This document shows, in pieces, positions 30,772 to 41,176 of a DNA stretch of 64,000 bases; the first letter of the stretch is position 1; the number at the start of each line of letters is the position of its first letter. The notes beneath the pieces are model-generated. The model ran no database searches, had not been told where the DNA came from, and saw only the letters and a list, made by a program, of their open reading frames with translations. A program made the translations under genes and the position numbers. This stretch comes from Planktothrix sp. FACHB-1365 (GTDB lineage Bacteria > Cyanobacteriota > Cyanobacteriia > Cyanobacteriales > Microcoleaceae). The stretch lies in assembly GCF_014697575.1 (NCBI RefSeq), contig NZ_JACJSC010000008.1, positions 29,075-93,074 of the forward strand, written 5' to 3'.

Positions 30772-32574
30772 TTAGGGTTTCTTTTTGGGTTTAACCGTCA
30801 CATAATTTTCACCGTTTAATTGAATAAATTGTTGACGTTTGGGGTCATAAACCCAGGCTTTAATCTTGTTCTCGCCTACAGGAAGAGATTCTCCTGAAAA
30901 AACAACTTGCCATCCGGCTCTTGTATAGGATTTCGATTTTAATAATTCAGCAATATCAGGTCTAGCCACTGTAATATAAGCATTGGCAAAAAATGATTTT
31001 TGATTGTTATAGGACAGAAAAATAAGATTAGGTTGTTGCTGGGAATCTGGGAGAATTGCCCACCCGCTTAAACTCATTGGCATTTTGCGGCGAATGACTA
31101 AAGGCTCATTATTGGGTAAAGGATGAAGATAACCATATTTTAAATTAGGGTCAGATACAAAAGGAATTGTTTCAGCAAAAGTTCTTAATTGTAAGGTTTT
31201 TAGTCTTTTTACCTCCTGTCTTAAAAAGGCAACATCAGGATAAATTCTGACTAAACAACTGTCTACTGAAGTGTTCAGAAAAGGAGAATCTTCCAGATAA
31301 TCAATCAGTGTTAAACAGGTTTGACCACTCTTTAAGAAAAAACTTAAATCCGTTGCTTGAATGACTGCATATTCTCCTCTCAATATTGTTAAACTCCCTA
31401 AAATACCGACTAACACACCATAAGTTAGGACAGTATTAATTCCCTGATTTTTTAATAATTCTAAAGCAGAAATTTTGAAGCGCACCCAAATCAAACTCAG
31501 TTGAAAGATAGCGACCAATAATAGTAAAGTATGAGTAGTAAAGCGAGAACTTTGTAGAATACCATAGTCGGCGCCTAAATAATAACGTCCCTTAGCAATT
31601 AGAACACTGGAAAGCAAGCCAAATAACCCAATGGATATCCAAGGAAAAGCGAAAGAATAGAGATGAGGATTTTTAATTAATAGTTCATAGAGGAGATAAA
31701 AGAAATAGCAAAGGATGATCAAACCCAAAACCCAAGACCATTGCAGGGAACCGATTAAGGGAGAAGCAATAATATTAAATAGAAAATGAATTAAAAATAA
31801 AGTAGGATTTTGAGCTAAATCAGGATTATTTTTAAACGCATCATTTTTTAACGCTTCATCAGGTTGATAACCTAAAAAATATATATAGGCAGAAATTAAA
31901 AATAATAAAATCCAAACTAAGAGACGCTTTCTTCGTTGAGTCAAACTTCCTTCTAACCCTAAAACACAAGGAATTAAAGCCAACCAAGATGCTAAACCTT
32001 GAGCCGAAGAAAAACTAGCAATTCCGCATAAAATAGCCGAGCCAATATATTGCCATTTAGTTGATAAAAACTTAGGGTAAGATAATATTAAACAAGCAGA
32101 AATAGTACAAAAATTAATTAAAAATATAGCAACCTGAAATCCCCAAAGCCAATTTTGATATTGAATCCAAGAAAAAAAGACTAAACTGGTTAGCAGGTTT
32201 GTTAGATGAAACAAGTTATCTTGTTGCTCAGGGTTTGTAAGTCGGGAGAGTTGATAAAGGCCTAAAAAGGTTAGAATTGCTAGTAAAAAGCTGCAAATTA
32301 GCTCTGCATAAATATTCCAGTTCAAAGTTAACCCTAAACCTAAAAAAATCAACTTCGGGAAGATTAATCGATGATAATTATGTAAATTAAATAAATCAAT
32401 AAATTGTAAAGTTCCGCTTTTAAAATTCTCGAATAAACTAGGTAATATCCATTGATCATGATAAGGGACATCCACTCCATAATCAAGAATAAACCAAGCC
32501 GTTGCCAAGGGAGGGATTAGATATAAAATAATTAAAGGAATCTGAGCATAAATAGATGATGCACGTAGGTTCAT
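30772..32574 (-). CDS. Large polytopic membrane protein with C-terminal soluble domain (possible GT-C/YfhO-like glycosyltransferase)
   Basis: More than 12 TM segments followed by a ~150-aa hydrophilic C-terminal domain. Family assignment is inference from architecture and neighbourhood only. Confidence 0.35.
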   Translation of the reverse strand: MNLRASSIYAQIPLIILYLIPPLATAWFILDYGVDVPYHDQWILPSLFENFKSGTLQFIDLFNLHNYHRLIFPKLIFLGLGLTLNWNIYAELICSFLLAILTFLGLYQLSRLTNPEQQDNLFHLTNLLTSLVFFSWIQYQNWLWGFQVAIFLINFCTISACLILSYPKFLSTKWQYIGSAILCGIASFSSAQGLASWLALIPCVLGLEGSLTQRRKRLLVWILLFLISAYIYFLGYQPDEALKNDAFKNNPDLAQNPTLFLIHFLFNIIASPLIGSLQWSWVLGLIILCYFFYLLYELLIKNPHLYSFAFPWISIGLFGLLSSVLIAKGRYYLGADYGILQSSRFTTHTLLLLVAIFQLSLIWVRFKISALELLKNQGINTVLTYGVLVGILGSLTILRGEYAVIQATDLSFFLKSGQTCLTLIDYLEDSPFLNTSVDSCLVRIYPDVAFLRQEVKRLKTLQLRTFAETIPFVSDPNLKYGYLHPLPNNEPLVIRRKMPMSLSGWAILPDSQQQPNLIFLSYNNQKSFFANAYITVARPDIAELLKSKSYTRAGWQVVFSGESLPVGENKIKAWVYDPKRQQFIQLNGENYVTVKPKKKP

Positions 32575-32623
32575 TCGGGATTATGATCAAAACATTGCCA
32601 GATTTTAAATGAAGTAAGCCAGA

Positions 32624-32989
32624 TTGTCAACTATGATTCAACACCTGTTTGTGAATACTGTCTCTGCGTTGTGTTATTCTTTAATTGATCAGCGTTTTCC
32701 ATCCGATTTTACTCCCCTAAAATTTCCCCATAATTCTGTTGTTAAGTTTGTTTTAGAGCAACAGAATCGAATGCCAGATTATCTCCAATTTCCCCTATTT
32801 TTATTAACGTTAATTTTTGATTTTTGGGGTTTGCTTCGTCGAGGTTCCTTTTTTCATTGTCAGTCTCCATCTAGTCGTCAACTTCAAGTTAAAGCTTGGA
32901 AAAATTCACCCTTCCAAGTTTGTCGAGATGTGATGCGATTTTATGAAAGTCTAGTGGTATTATATTGGCAATCTGATTCAATTCATTGA
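32624..32989 (+). CDS. Hypothetical small protein upstream of GMC oxidoreductase
   Basis: 121-aa ORF, no motif. Could be a small accessory subunit. Weak. Confidence 0.25.
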   Translation: MSTMIQHLFVNTVSALCYSLIDQRFPSDFTPLKFPHNSVVKFVLEQQNRMPDYLQFPLFLLTLIFDFWGLLRRGSFFHCQSPSSRQLQVKAWKNSPFQVCRDVMRFYESLVVLYWQSDSIH

Positions 32990-33012
32990 TAAACTGACTT
33001 ATTATTAATCCT

Positions 33013-34470
33013 ATGCTTCAACCCTCAGAATCTGATTTAAAAGTTGAAATTGCTATCATTGGTTCTGGCCCTGGAGGAGCGATTACCGCCTGTTTATTGG
33101 CTGAAGCCGGACGGGATGTTTTATTAATAGAAGAAGGCGACGATTTACCCTTAGAATCCTGTCAACCCTTTTCCGTTGAAGAAATGGTGCAAAAATACCG
33201 AAATGGAGGGTTAACCGCAGCCTTTGGTCAACCCAAAATTCAATATGTGGAAGGTCGATGTGTCGGGGGAGGAAGTGAAATCAATAGCGGACTTTATCAT
33301 CGAACACCCTCGAATATTTTAGAACAATGGCGCACAGAATTTGAAGTAGACGCTTTAACCGAAGTTGATTTAATTCCTCATTTTGAAGCTTGTGAACAAG
33401 CGGTTAACGTCTGTTATTTACCAGGGAAAGCTCCAACAGCATCTTTAAAATTACACGAAGGTGCGATACGTTTAGGTTGGCAATCTTTAGAAGTTCCTCG
33501 ATGGTTTCGTTATGAAGAATCTGATGAAACTTCCGTTCCCAAAGGAACTCGACAATCGATGACAAAAACCTTTATTCCTAGAGCGTTAAAAGCGGGATGT
33601 AAACTCTTAGCAAACACTCGGATTAACAGTCTTCAACAAACGGATAAAACTTGGATTTTAACAGGAACTCGTCAAGGGAATAATATCCCCGAAAATTCGA
33701 TTAAAATTCAAGCCGAAACCGTATTTGTTTGTTGTGGTGCGATTCAAACTCCAGCCTTATTAAGACGAAGTGGAATTAAAAATAATATTGGTAATTCATT
33801 AAGAACGCACCCAACTGTTAAAATAATTGCTCAATTTAATGAGGATATTAACGCCTTAGATATGGGGGTTCCTGTCCATCAAGTCAAAGAATTTTCACCT
33901 CGATTTAGTTTCGGATGTTCGATTAGTTCTCCTCCCTATTTATCGGTGGGAATGACTGACCATCCTCAATATACAGAAACCGTTGAAAAACAGTGGCAAA
34001 ACATGGCAATTTATTATGCTATGATTACTGGGGAAGGTTCGGGTACAGTCAGAAATATTCCCTTTTATCAAAATCCTTTTGTTCGCTATAAACTAACCTC
34101 TCAAGATTTAAAAGATTTATCAGAAGCGTTACAAAAATTAGCGTTATTATTGTTTGAAGCGGATGCAAAAATTCTCTATCCTAGTATTTCTAATACTTCT
34201 CCCTTGACCCATCCTCAAGATTTAAGTACAATAGCAGAAAAACTTCCGGTCAAACAAACAAATTTAATGACCGTTCATGTTTTTTCCTCCTGTCCAATGG
34301 GAGAAAATTTACAAAAATGTGCTGTTAATTCCTTTGGTCAAGTTCATGGATTCAATAATTTATATATTGCGGATGCTAGTTTACTTTGTACCGCACCAGG
34401 GGTCAATCCTCAAGGTTCAATTATGGCGATCGCTCGTCGAAATGCGTTAAAATTTTTAGATAAACTTTAA
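33013..34470 (+). CDS. GMC-family FAD oxidoreductase (choline dehydrogenase-like)
   Basis: N-terminal IIGSGPGGAITACLLAEAG…LLIEEG and C-terminal GMC_oxred_C signature FGQVHGFNNLYIADASLL…PQGSIMAIA. Confidence 0.8.
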   Translation: MLQPSESDLKVEIAIIGSGPGGAITACLLAEAGRDVLLIEEGDDLPLESCQPFSVEEMVQKYRNGGLTAAFGQPKIQYVEGRCVGGGSEINSGLYHRTPSNILEQWRTEFEVDALTEVDLIPHFEACEQAVNVCYLPGKAPTASLKLHEGAIRLGWQSLEVPRWFRYEESDETSVPKGTRQSMTKTFIPRALKAGCKLLANTRINSLQQTDKTWILTGTRQGNNIPENSIKIQAETVFVCCGAIQTPALLRRSGIKNNIGNSLRTHPTVKIIAQFNEDINALDMGVPVHQVKEFSPRFSFGCSISSPPYLSVGMTDHPQYTETVEKQWQNMAIYYAMITGEGSGTVRNIPFYQNPFVRYKLTSQDLKDLSEALQKLALLLFEADAKILYPSISNTSPLTHPQDLSTIAEKLPVKQTNLMTVHVFSSCPMGENLQKCAVNSFGQVHGFNNLYIADASLLCTAPGVNPQGSIMAIARRNALKFLDKL

Positions 34471-34610
34471 GGTAATGAACTAAATTAACCCCTTAACTCA
34501 GGAGTTTTACAAATGTCATCGCCGGACAAGCTGTTCCAATGGATTATAACCAATTATGAAGTCTTGTGTAATTAATTTTGTTGACCTACTTAATGCGGAA
34601 TAATAAAATT

Positions 34611-35675
34611 ATGGAATTAAAAACTAACCTTATTTTAGTTACAGGTGCATTAGGGTGGTTAGGAATTCGTTTAGTCGAATCATTGGTTAAAGGATTACCC
34701 GATTTTGACCCCCTGAATCAACCTCAAAATAACTTAAAAATTCGGTGTTTAATTTTACCAGAACAAGATGCAACCCTATTGCAAAGAATATCGGATAAAA
34801 TTGAAATTTATCAAGGAGATTTAAGAAACCCTCAAGATTGTGATCGCTTTTGTGAAAATGCCGAAAATGCTATTTTATTTCATACGGCTGGAATTATTCA
34901 CCCACAAAAAGTATCAGACTTTTATCAAATTAATGTAGAAGGAACAAAAAATCTATTAAATTCTGCGGTTTCTGCTAAGGTAAAACGAGCTATTATTGTA
35001 TCCTCTAATTCTCCCTGTGGTTGTAATCCCCATCCTGATCATTTATTCGATGAAATCTCTCCTTATCATCCCTATATGAACTATGGACGATCAAAAATGT
35101 TGATGGAATTGGCGGTTAAAAACTATCAGCAACAGGGAAAAATTGAAACCGTTGTTATCCGTCCGCCTTGGTTTTATGGCCCCCATCAACCTCAACGCCA
35201 AACCCTGTTTTTTAAAATGATTCGAGATGGAAAAGGGCCGATTGTTGGCGATGGAAATAATCTCCGGTCAATGGCTTATGTCGATAATCTTTGTCAAGGA
35301 TTATTATTAGCCGCTATCACGGAAAAAGCCAACGGAGAAACCTATTGGGTTGCTGATAAACGACCCTACTCTATGAATGAGATTATTGATACCGTTGAAC
35401 GATTATTAGAAACAGAATTTCAACAAAATTGTGTTCATAAACGATTAAAATTACCGGGATTAGCCAGTGAAGTTGCTTTAGTTGTTGATGGAACATTACA
35501 AGCTCTAGGATTCTATCATCAAAAAATTCATGTTCTCTCAGAAATGAATAAAACCATTGCTTGTTCGGTTGCTAAAGCTCAACGAGAATTAGGTTATCGC
35601 CCTACAATTTCCTTAGAAGAAGGAATGCGAAGAAGCTTAACCTGGATTTTTGAAAATTATGGAGGATTAGATTAA
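34611..35675 (+). CDS. NAD-dependent epimerase/dehydratase (extended SDR)
   Basis: ILVTGALGWLGIRLVESL Rossmann motif and the SDR catalytic YxxxK region (YGRSK). Start set at MELK (the longest ORF begins at 34578). Confidence 0.75.
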   Translation: MELKTNLILVTGALGWLGIRLVESLVKGLPDFDPLNQPQNNLKIRCLILPEQDATLLQRISDKIEIYQGDLRNPQDCDRFCENAENAILFHTAGIIHPQKVSDFYQINVEGTKNLLNSAVSAKVKRAIIVSSNSPCGCNPHPDHLFDEISPYHPYMNYGRSKMLMELAVKNYQQQGKIETVVIRPPWFYGPHQPQRQTLFFKMIRDGKGPIVGDGNNLRSMAYVDNLCQGLLLAAITEKANGETYWVADKRPYSMNEIIDTVERLLETEFQQNCVHKRLKLPGLASEVALVVDGTLQALGFYHQKIHVLSEMNKTIACSVAKAQRELGYRPTISLEEGMRRSLTWIFENYGGLD

Positions 35676-35677
35676 TC

Positions 35678-36256
35678 ATGGTTAGCCATATTGTTGTCAC
35701 AGAAGGATTAGTTTATCGGGAAGATTTTGCTCAATACTACTTTTTATCAAATTATTTTGAAGCGGTTTTACAACAAGTTTTAAAGCAGGTTCCTGTTGAG
35801 GAAAAAGTATTTATTTCTCCGGGTAATTCCTTTGATTGTCCTGAATCAGAAGAACAGTGTGCTGCAAAATATCTTTTACATTACCGTCCTGAACTCCAAG
35901 TTATTGTTCCTGACAATGTTAAAGATCGTCCCTATTTAGATACGTTTGATAATGCTAGATTATTAAAAAAATGGCTAGAACAACAGGAACAATGGCCTTT
36001 AGGAGAAGTGATTTTATATTGTAATCAACCCCATGCTTTACGAAGTCAGTTAATGTTTAAGCTGTGTGGTTATAACGTCCAAGAAGTTATTACTTCTTAT
36101 CCTGAACTTGCAAATAGAACGATGCCACTACGTCTTATTTATTATCATTATTTACCTGCTAATTTGATTTACGAAGCGATTGCTTTAGTCTATGATTTAA
36201 TTAAGGTGTTTCACTGGATTATTTGTTATAAAAACCTCTATCTATTAAAACCATGA
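35678..36256 (+). CDS. Hypothetical protein
   Basis: 192-aa ORF, Cys/Tyr-rich, no recognisable motif. Translationally coupled to the downstream GT-C gene (ATGA overlap at 36253). Confidence 0.35.
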   Translation: MVSHIVVTEGLVYREDFAQYYFLSNYFEAVLQQVLKQVPVEEKVFISPGNSFDCPESEEQCAAKYLLHYRPELQVIVPDNVKDRPYLDTFDNARLLKKWLEQQEQWPLGEVILYCNQPHALRSQLMFKLCGYNVQEVITSYPELANRTMPLRLIYYHYLPANLIYEAIALVYDLIKVFHWIICYKNLYLLKP

Positions 36257-37899
36257 TTAAAAAAGGCTACTTCCTAGGAATTTTAATTGTTTCTATTGTT
36301 CTGAGTGTTATTATTTACTTTCCGATTATCAATTCTTTTTTTCTATCCGATGATTTTACCTGGATTTATCAAATTCAAACTCAAGGAATATTTGGAGTAT
36401 GGACAACTGCACCCGATGTTTTTTTTAGACCGATAATTTCCATCCTTTTATTTTTAGATTATCAAATTTGGGGCTTAAATCCTGTAGGTTATCATCTGAC
36501 TAATATTATCTTTCATGGAATCTGTAGTTTTTTTGTCTATTTGATTTCCTCTCAGCTATTAGTTCATAGTCATTTCTCTAAAAAAACAAGCCAATCCATT
36601 TCTATAATTGCAGGTTTTTTATTTCTAGTTTTACCCAGTCATGTAGAAGCAGTTACTTGGATTTCTGCACGTTCCGATGTAGTAGCAACTTGTTTTTTTC
36701 TAGCCGCCTTCAATAGCTATTTATATTACAAACATAACTCTAATAAGTTCTGGCTACTCAGTTCTTATGTCTGGTTTATATTCGCTTTACTTTCCAAAGA
36801 ATCAGTCATTATCTATCCTGGATTAATTTTAGGGTATGAAATTTATCAATTTTTTCAAAATAAAAAACCTCTAAAGCAGCTTTATAAGGTGATGATTTTA
36901 CCAATATTAATGGCTTCTATTTTTCCGATTTATTTAGGAATGAGATATTTAGGATTAAAGCAATTATTAGGTGGATATGGATCTCAAACTCATCTTAATT
37001 TTTCTGTCCCAATTATACTCAGGGGACTTGCTAGTAGCCTTAGAATTATCATACCTCCATTACCTCAATCTGGAGAAGTTCAATGGCAATGGTGTTTTCT
37101 CATCTTCATCAGTTTAGTTACGATTTTTGTGATTCAATATTTTCGGTTAGGGGGGATTTACCGAGAACAAGCTAAGTTATTGCTATTTCTAATCTATGCC
37201 TTTTTAATCTCAATGTTTCCCGTGATTAATATTAGAGTTTCACTGGGGGATACACAAGCTGAAAGAATTCTTTATTTACCGTCTGTTTTTTTCGTAATTC
37301 TACTGGTATTTATTATCAGTTTTCTGGTTAAAAAGAAACATACTATTATTTTTTTAGCAGTAATTTTTTCAATATTTTTGATAAAAAATATCTATATCGC
37401 TAATAAAAATTGGCAGATAGCTAGTCAAATTTCTCATCAGTTGATTAAAAGCATTAATGATCAGAGGGGAAATCAACCCGGATTACTTATTATTAATGTT
37501 CCCGATAATTTTAAAGGAGCTTACATTTATAGAAACGGTATTTATCACGCAGCACAACTATTTTCTATTCATAACATTAAGATAAAATTTTTGAATATTG
37601 CATCGTTTCACAATCTGCTGAGTCCTGAAAACCAACTCAAAGTTGCAGAAATTGAGCCCTATACTTATCAAATTCAATTAGTCGGTGAAGGAATTTATTT
37701 TATGAATGTTAGTTTACCTTTAGAACAAACGTTTAAACGAAAAAAATTTACTATTGAAAATTTTAATTTTAAAACTCATCAATCTTATCAAATTAAAATT
37801 AAAAACAATATTCCCATTGAGCAAATTTTCTATTATTCTCAAGGTCAACTTTTACCTGTTCCACACCGCAAGCTAAGTTCAACCTTTACGAATGGGTAA
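36253..37899 (+). CDS. GT-C-fold membrane glycosyltransferase (PMT/TMTC/ArnT-like)
   Basis: N-terminal polytopic region with the …FFRPIISILLFLDYQIWGLNPVGYHLTNIIFHG… motif characteristic of GT39/TMTC-type GT-C enzymes. C-terminal hydrophilic domain. Confidence 0.55.
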   Translation: MIKKGYFLGILIVSIVLSVIIYFPIINSFFLSDDFTWIYQIQTQGIFGVWTTAPDVFFRPIISILLFLDYQIWGLNPVGYHLTNIIFHGICSFFVYLISSQLLVHSHFSKKTSQSISIIAGFLFLVLPSHVEAVTWISARSDVVATCFFLAAFNSYLYYKHNSNKFWLLSSYVWFIFALLSKESVIIYPGLILGYEIYQFFQNKKPLKQLYKVMILPILMASIFPIYLGMRYLGLKQLLGGYGSQTHLNFSVPIILRGLASSLRIIIPPLPQSGEVQWQWCFLIFISLVTIFVIQYFRLGGIYREQAKLLLFLIYAFLISMFPVINIRVSLGDTQAERILYLPSVFFVILLVFIISFLVKKKHTIIFLAVIFSIFLIKNIYIANKNWQIASQISHQLIKSINDQRGNQPGLLIINVPDNFKGAYIYRNGIYHAAQLFSIHNIKIKFLNIASFHNLLSPENQLKVAEIEPYTYQIQLVGEGIYFMNVSLPLEQTFKRKKFTIENFNFKTHQSYQIKIKNNIPIEQIFYYSQGQLLPVPHRKLSSTFTNG

Positions 37900-37951
37900 A
37901 TTTCGTTTATGATACGACAAAACAAATGGTGTTGAGGACAAACAGAACTTT

Positions 37952-38977
37952 ATGAAGCACTTAATTACGGGAGGATCGGGGTTTTTAGGAAATTTAATTG
38001 CCCGTCGATTATATGAACGGGGAGAAGACGTTAAAATTTTAGATATTTGGGAAGATCCGACCCGTCCCCCAGAAATTGAATTTATTAACTGTGATATTTG
38101 CGATCGCACTGGGGTTGCAAAAGCGATGGAAGATATTGATATTGTCCATCATAATGTGGCTTTAGTTCCCTTAACAAAATCTGGTAATAAATTCTGGGAA
38201 GTCAACGTTGAAGGAAGCAAAATCGCCGCCGAAGAAGCGGTAAAAGCCGGAGTCAAAAGCTTTATTCACATGAGTTCTAGCGCTTTATTTGGTGAGGCTG
38301 AATGTCCGATTACAAATGATACCCCGACAAAAGCTGTTGAGATTTATGGACGAGCAAAATTAGCTGGAGAATTAGCAGTTAGAGACATTTGTGATCAAGC
38401 GGGTTTACCCTTAATTGTGATTCGTCCCCGGACAATTTTAGGAGAAGGCAGATTAGGAATTTTTCAGATATTATTTGAATGGATTCAAGAAGAAAAAAAC
38501 GTTTATGTAATTGGGAGTGGGAACGTTAAATTTCAGTTTGTTCATGCTCATGATTTAATGGATGCCTATCTTCTAGCCCTTGATTTAGGTCAACCCGGAA
38601 TCTATAATGTCGGAACCGATCGCTTTGGCACGTTACGAGAAGGATTAGAACATTTAATTGAATATGCAGGAACAGAGTCTCAAGTTAAAAGTTTACCCAC
38701 TGGATTAACCATTGGAACCTTACAACTGTTAGACTGGATGGGGTTAAGTCCTCTCGCCCCTTGGCATTATTTAACCTATCACAAAGAATTTTATTTTGAT
38801 GTAGATCCCCTGCTAAAATTAGGCTGGAAACCAAAATATTCTAATGATGAAATGTTCCGAGAAAGTTATGATTGGTTTCAAAAGAACTATAATCAACTGC
38901 AAGCGGAAAAAGCAGGTTCAGCCCATCGGCGCCCCGTCAAAGAAAAATTACTTTGGGTGTTAAAACAACTCTCCTAA
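37952..38977 (+). CDS. NAD-dependent epimerase/dehydratase (UDP-sugar 4-epimerase-like)
   Basis: ITGGSGFLGNLIARRL Rossmann motif and YGRAK catalytic motif. 341 aa. Confidence 0.8.
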   Translation: MKHLITGGSGFLGNLIARRLYERGEDVKILDIWEDPTRPPEIEFINCDICDRTGVAKAMEDIDIVHHNVALVPLTKSGNKFWEVNVEGSKIAAEEAVKAGVKSFIHMSSSALFGEAECPITNDTPTKAVEIYGRAKLAGELAVRDICDQAGLPLIVIRPRTILGEGRLGIFQILFEWIQEEKNVYVIGSGNVKFQFVHAHDLMDAYLLALDLGQPGIYNVGTDRFGTLREGLEHLIEYAGTESQVKSLPTGLTIGTLQLLDWMGLSPLAPWHYLTYHKEFYFDVDPLLKLGWKPKYSNDEMFRESYDWFQKNYNQLQAEKAGSAHRRPVKEKLLWVLKQLS

Positions 38978-39070
38978 CTTAATGGTAGGGTGCGTAAGCC
39001 CAGCGCACGCGCCATCTAACATTTTAAGGATGATTAAGAATAATTCAATCTCCTATTCTAATAACAAATC

Positions 39071-39433
39071 GTGAACAATATCAACTCAGCTAATTGGATT
39101 TCATGGAGTTTAGTTTTAATTGCGGCTATGAACACAGGAATTGGCAATTTATTGCTTAAAAAATCTCGACTAGAAGCTCCTGATCCCAGTATACTCACTC
39201 TATTATTATCTCCTTGGTTTATGGCAGCAATCCTAGTCTATGGAATTAACTTAATTGTCTTTGCTAAAGCCTTAGATCGCTTACCTGTTTCCATTGCTTA
39301 TCCTGTCTTTGCTGCCATTGGTTTTAGCTTAGTTGCATTGATGGGAAGCTTATTTTTAGGAGAGCGTGTTGGATTAAATCAAATGATAGGATTAAGCTTT
39401 ATTGTGGCTGGAATTGTGATTATGTCTCGTTAA
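39071..39433 (+). CDS. 4-TM SMR/EamA-like protein resembling ArnE/ArnF polyprenyl-phosphate-sugar flippase subunit
   Basis: 120 aa, 4 TM. The C-terminal half LDRLPVSIAYPVFAAIGFSLVALMGSLFLGERV…GIVIMS matches the ArnE-type pattern. Confidence 0.5.
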   Translation: MNNINSANWISWSLVLIAAMNTGIGNLLLKKSRLEAPDPSILTLLLSPWFMAAILVYGINLIVFAKALDRLPVSIAYPVFAAIGFSLVALMGSLFLGERVGLNQMIGLSFIVAGIVIMSR

Positions 39434-39487
39434 AATCAAAAATACTGTTGAACTCATTAGACTAAACTGTGAGGAGTTAAACCATTC

Positions 39488-40567
39488 ATGAAACCAGCAA
39501 ATCAAGACCATTATTCGGGTGATTCTACTTCTGTATTAGAGACAATTTCTGAGACGACTGATCCTTTATTTAAACCAACTCCATCTAAAACTATTCCCCC
39601 CCTAATTAAACTTCTGCGTCCCCACCAATGGACAAAAAATTTATTCTGTTTAGCCGGACTTTTGTTTGGGGGTAGACTATTACAACCCCAGAGCATTTTG
39701 CTATCAGGATTAACGGTAATTTTTTTCTCAGCAATGGCATCAGCCATTTATATTTTTAATGATATTCAAGATCGAGAACGCGATCGCCAGCATCCGAAAA
39801 AAAAGTATCGTCCCCTTGCGAGTGGTCAAGTTTCAGTTAAAATGGGGTTAGCGATCGCAATTCCTTTAGCAATCATTTCCCTATGGGGTGCATATTTTTT
39901 AGGAATTCCCACATTAATTTGCATTTTACTTTACGCTATTAACAATATTGCTTATTCTCTCAAACTCAAAAATATAGCTTTATTTGATGTTAATTGTATT
40001 GCCTTTGGATTTGTATTAAGGCTATTAGCCGGAATTTATGCGTTAGGAGATATGCCGACGGCTTGGATTGTTTTATGTACCTTTTTTCTAACTTTATTTT
40101 TAGGGTTTTCTAAACGGCGTTCTGAACTTTTATCTCTCTTGCATTTTCAAAACCATCAAGACAGTTTAGAGTCTGAAAACCTAACTCAAGACAATGTAAA
40201 ATCAGCACCGTTAGAACGCTCTTATTTACACTTATTTTATCAACGGGGAAGAAAAAACCAACAACGTCCAGTTCTCTCTCAATACACCTTACCTTATTTA
40301 GATTCTCTGCTCAATAGCACAGCAACAATGACCATTATGTGCTATGCTTTATTTACAATAACATCAGGTAAAAATCCTTCTTTAGTGATTACTGTTCCGA
40401 TTGTTTATTATGCCGTAATGCACTATAAATGGTTAGTTACAGTTTTAGCTGAGGGAGAAGAACCCAGCCGTATTTTAATTCAAGATCCTACGATTAAATG
40501 GAGTTTATTAATTTGGTTAATTTCTTATTTAGCAATCCTGTATTTTAAGATTGATTTATTTCATTAA
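39488..40567 (+). CDS. UbiA-family prenyl-phosphate phosphoribosyltransferase (decaprenyl-phosphate 5-phosphoribosyltransferase, Rv3806c-like)
   Basis: LRPHQWTKNLFCLAGLL…NDIQDRERDRQHPKKKYRPLASG closely parallels the mycobacterial DPPR synthase motifs (NDxxDxxxD…HPxKRxRPxAxG). Second Asp-rich motif and 8-9 TM. Confidence 0.7.
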   Translation: MKPANQDHYSGDSTSVLETISETTDPLFKPTPSKTIPPLIKLLRPHQWTKNLFCLAGLLFGGRLLQPQSILLSGLTVIFFSAMASAIYIFNDIQDRERDRQHPKKKYRPLASGQVSVKMGLAIAIPLAIISLWGAYFLGIPTLICILLYAINNIAYSLKLKNIALFDVNCIAFGFVLRLLAGIYALGDMPTAWIVLCTFFLTLFLGFSKRRSELLSLLHFQNHQDSLESENLTQDNVKSAPLERSYLHLFYQRGRKNQQRPVLSQYTLPYLDSLLNSTATMTIMCYALFTITSGKNPSLVITVPIVYYAVMHYKWLVTVLAEGEEPSRILIQDPTIKWSLLIWLISYLAILYFKIDLFH

Positions 40568-40633
40568 TTTGATGACAATCGATCCAAATACTATCTCTGA
40601 ATAATAAAAGTCGATCAGACATTAAAACAAAAT

Positions 40634-41074
40634 TCAAATTCTTAAATAACTGGCTGTAGGACTCAGTGGCAAAAGCACGAGAGTTTGTTTCTGCAAATCT
40701 AATTCAATACCCAAAGCTTCTAAGGGGATAACGCCCAATAACGGATCTGCTCCTGCGGGCAATTCTATGCACTCAAAAGTTGCGTCTCTTCCCATTAATG
40801 AAATTTTTGCATCTTCAAAAATGCGTGCCGTACCGATACCAGTTGTCGTTGCTACAGGTACTGTTTTCAGAAGTTTTAAACCGAGTTGAGCGATCGCATC
40901 CTGCGGCAAGCATAAAGTAGTTGCTCCCGTATCTACCAGCACATCTTTTATTGTAATAGAACGGACTCGATCAGCAGGAATTAGATTATCTTCCGCCTTA
41001 CCTTGGTCTAGCCGATTTGTGATTGTCAACGTTGTGGTAATTTTTCCCATTGGTTCTTTGATAGTTGATGTCAT
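40634..41074 (-). CDS. Retropepsin-like (clan AA) aspartic protease
   Basis: Catalytic VLVDTGATTLCLP motif. ~145 aa from internal Met MTSTIKEP. Confidence 0.55.
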   Translation of the reverse strand: MTSTIKEPMGKITTTLTITNRLDQGKAEDNLIPADRVRSITIKDVLVDTGATTLCLPQDAIAQLGLKLLKTVPVATTTGIGTARIFEDAKISLMGRDATFECIELPAGADPLLGVIPLEALGIELDLQKQTLVLLPLSPTASYLRI

Positions 41075-41176
41075 GATTATATCTCTCGGTAGCATTTTAG
41101 ATTGATTACAACTTTCACGGAAAAGAGCGATCACGCCCGATTGAACATCATTTTACCATATCTATTGTACCTAGCC

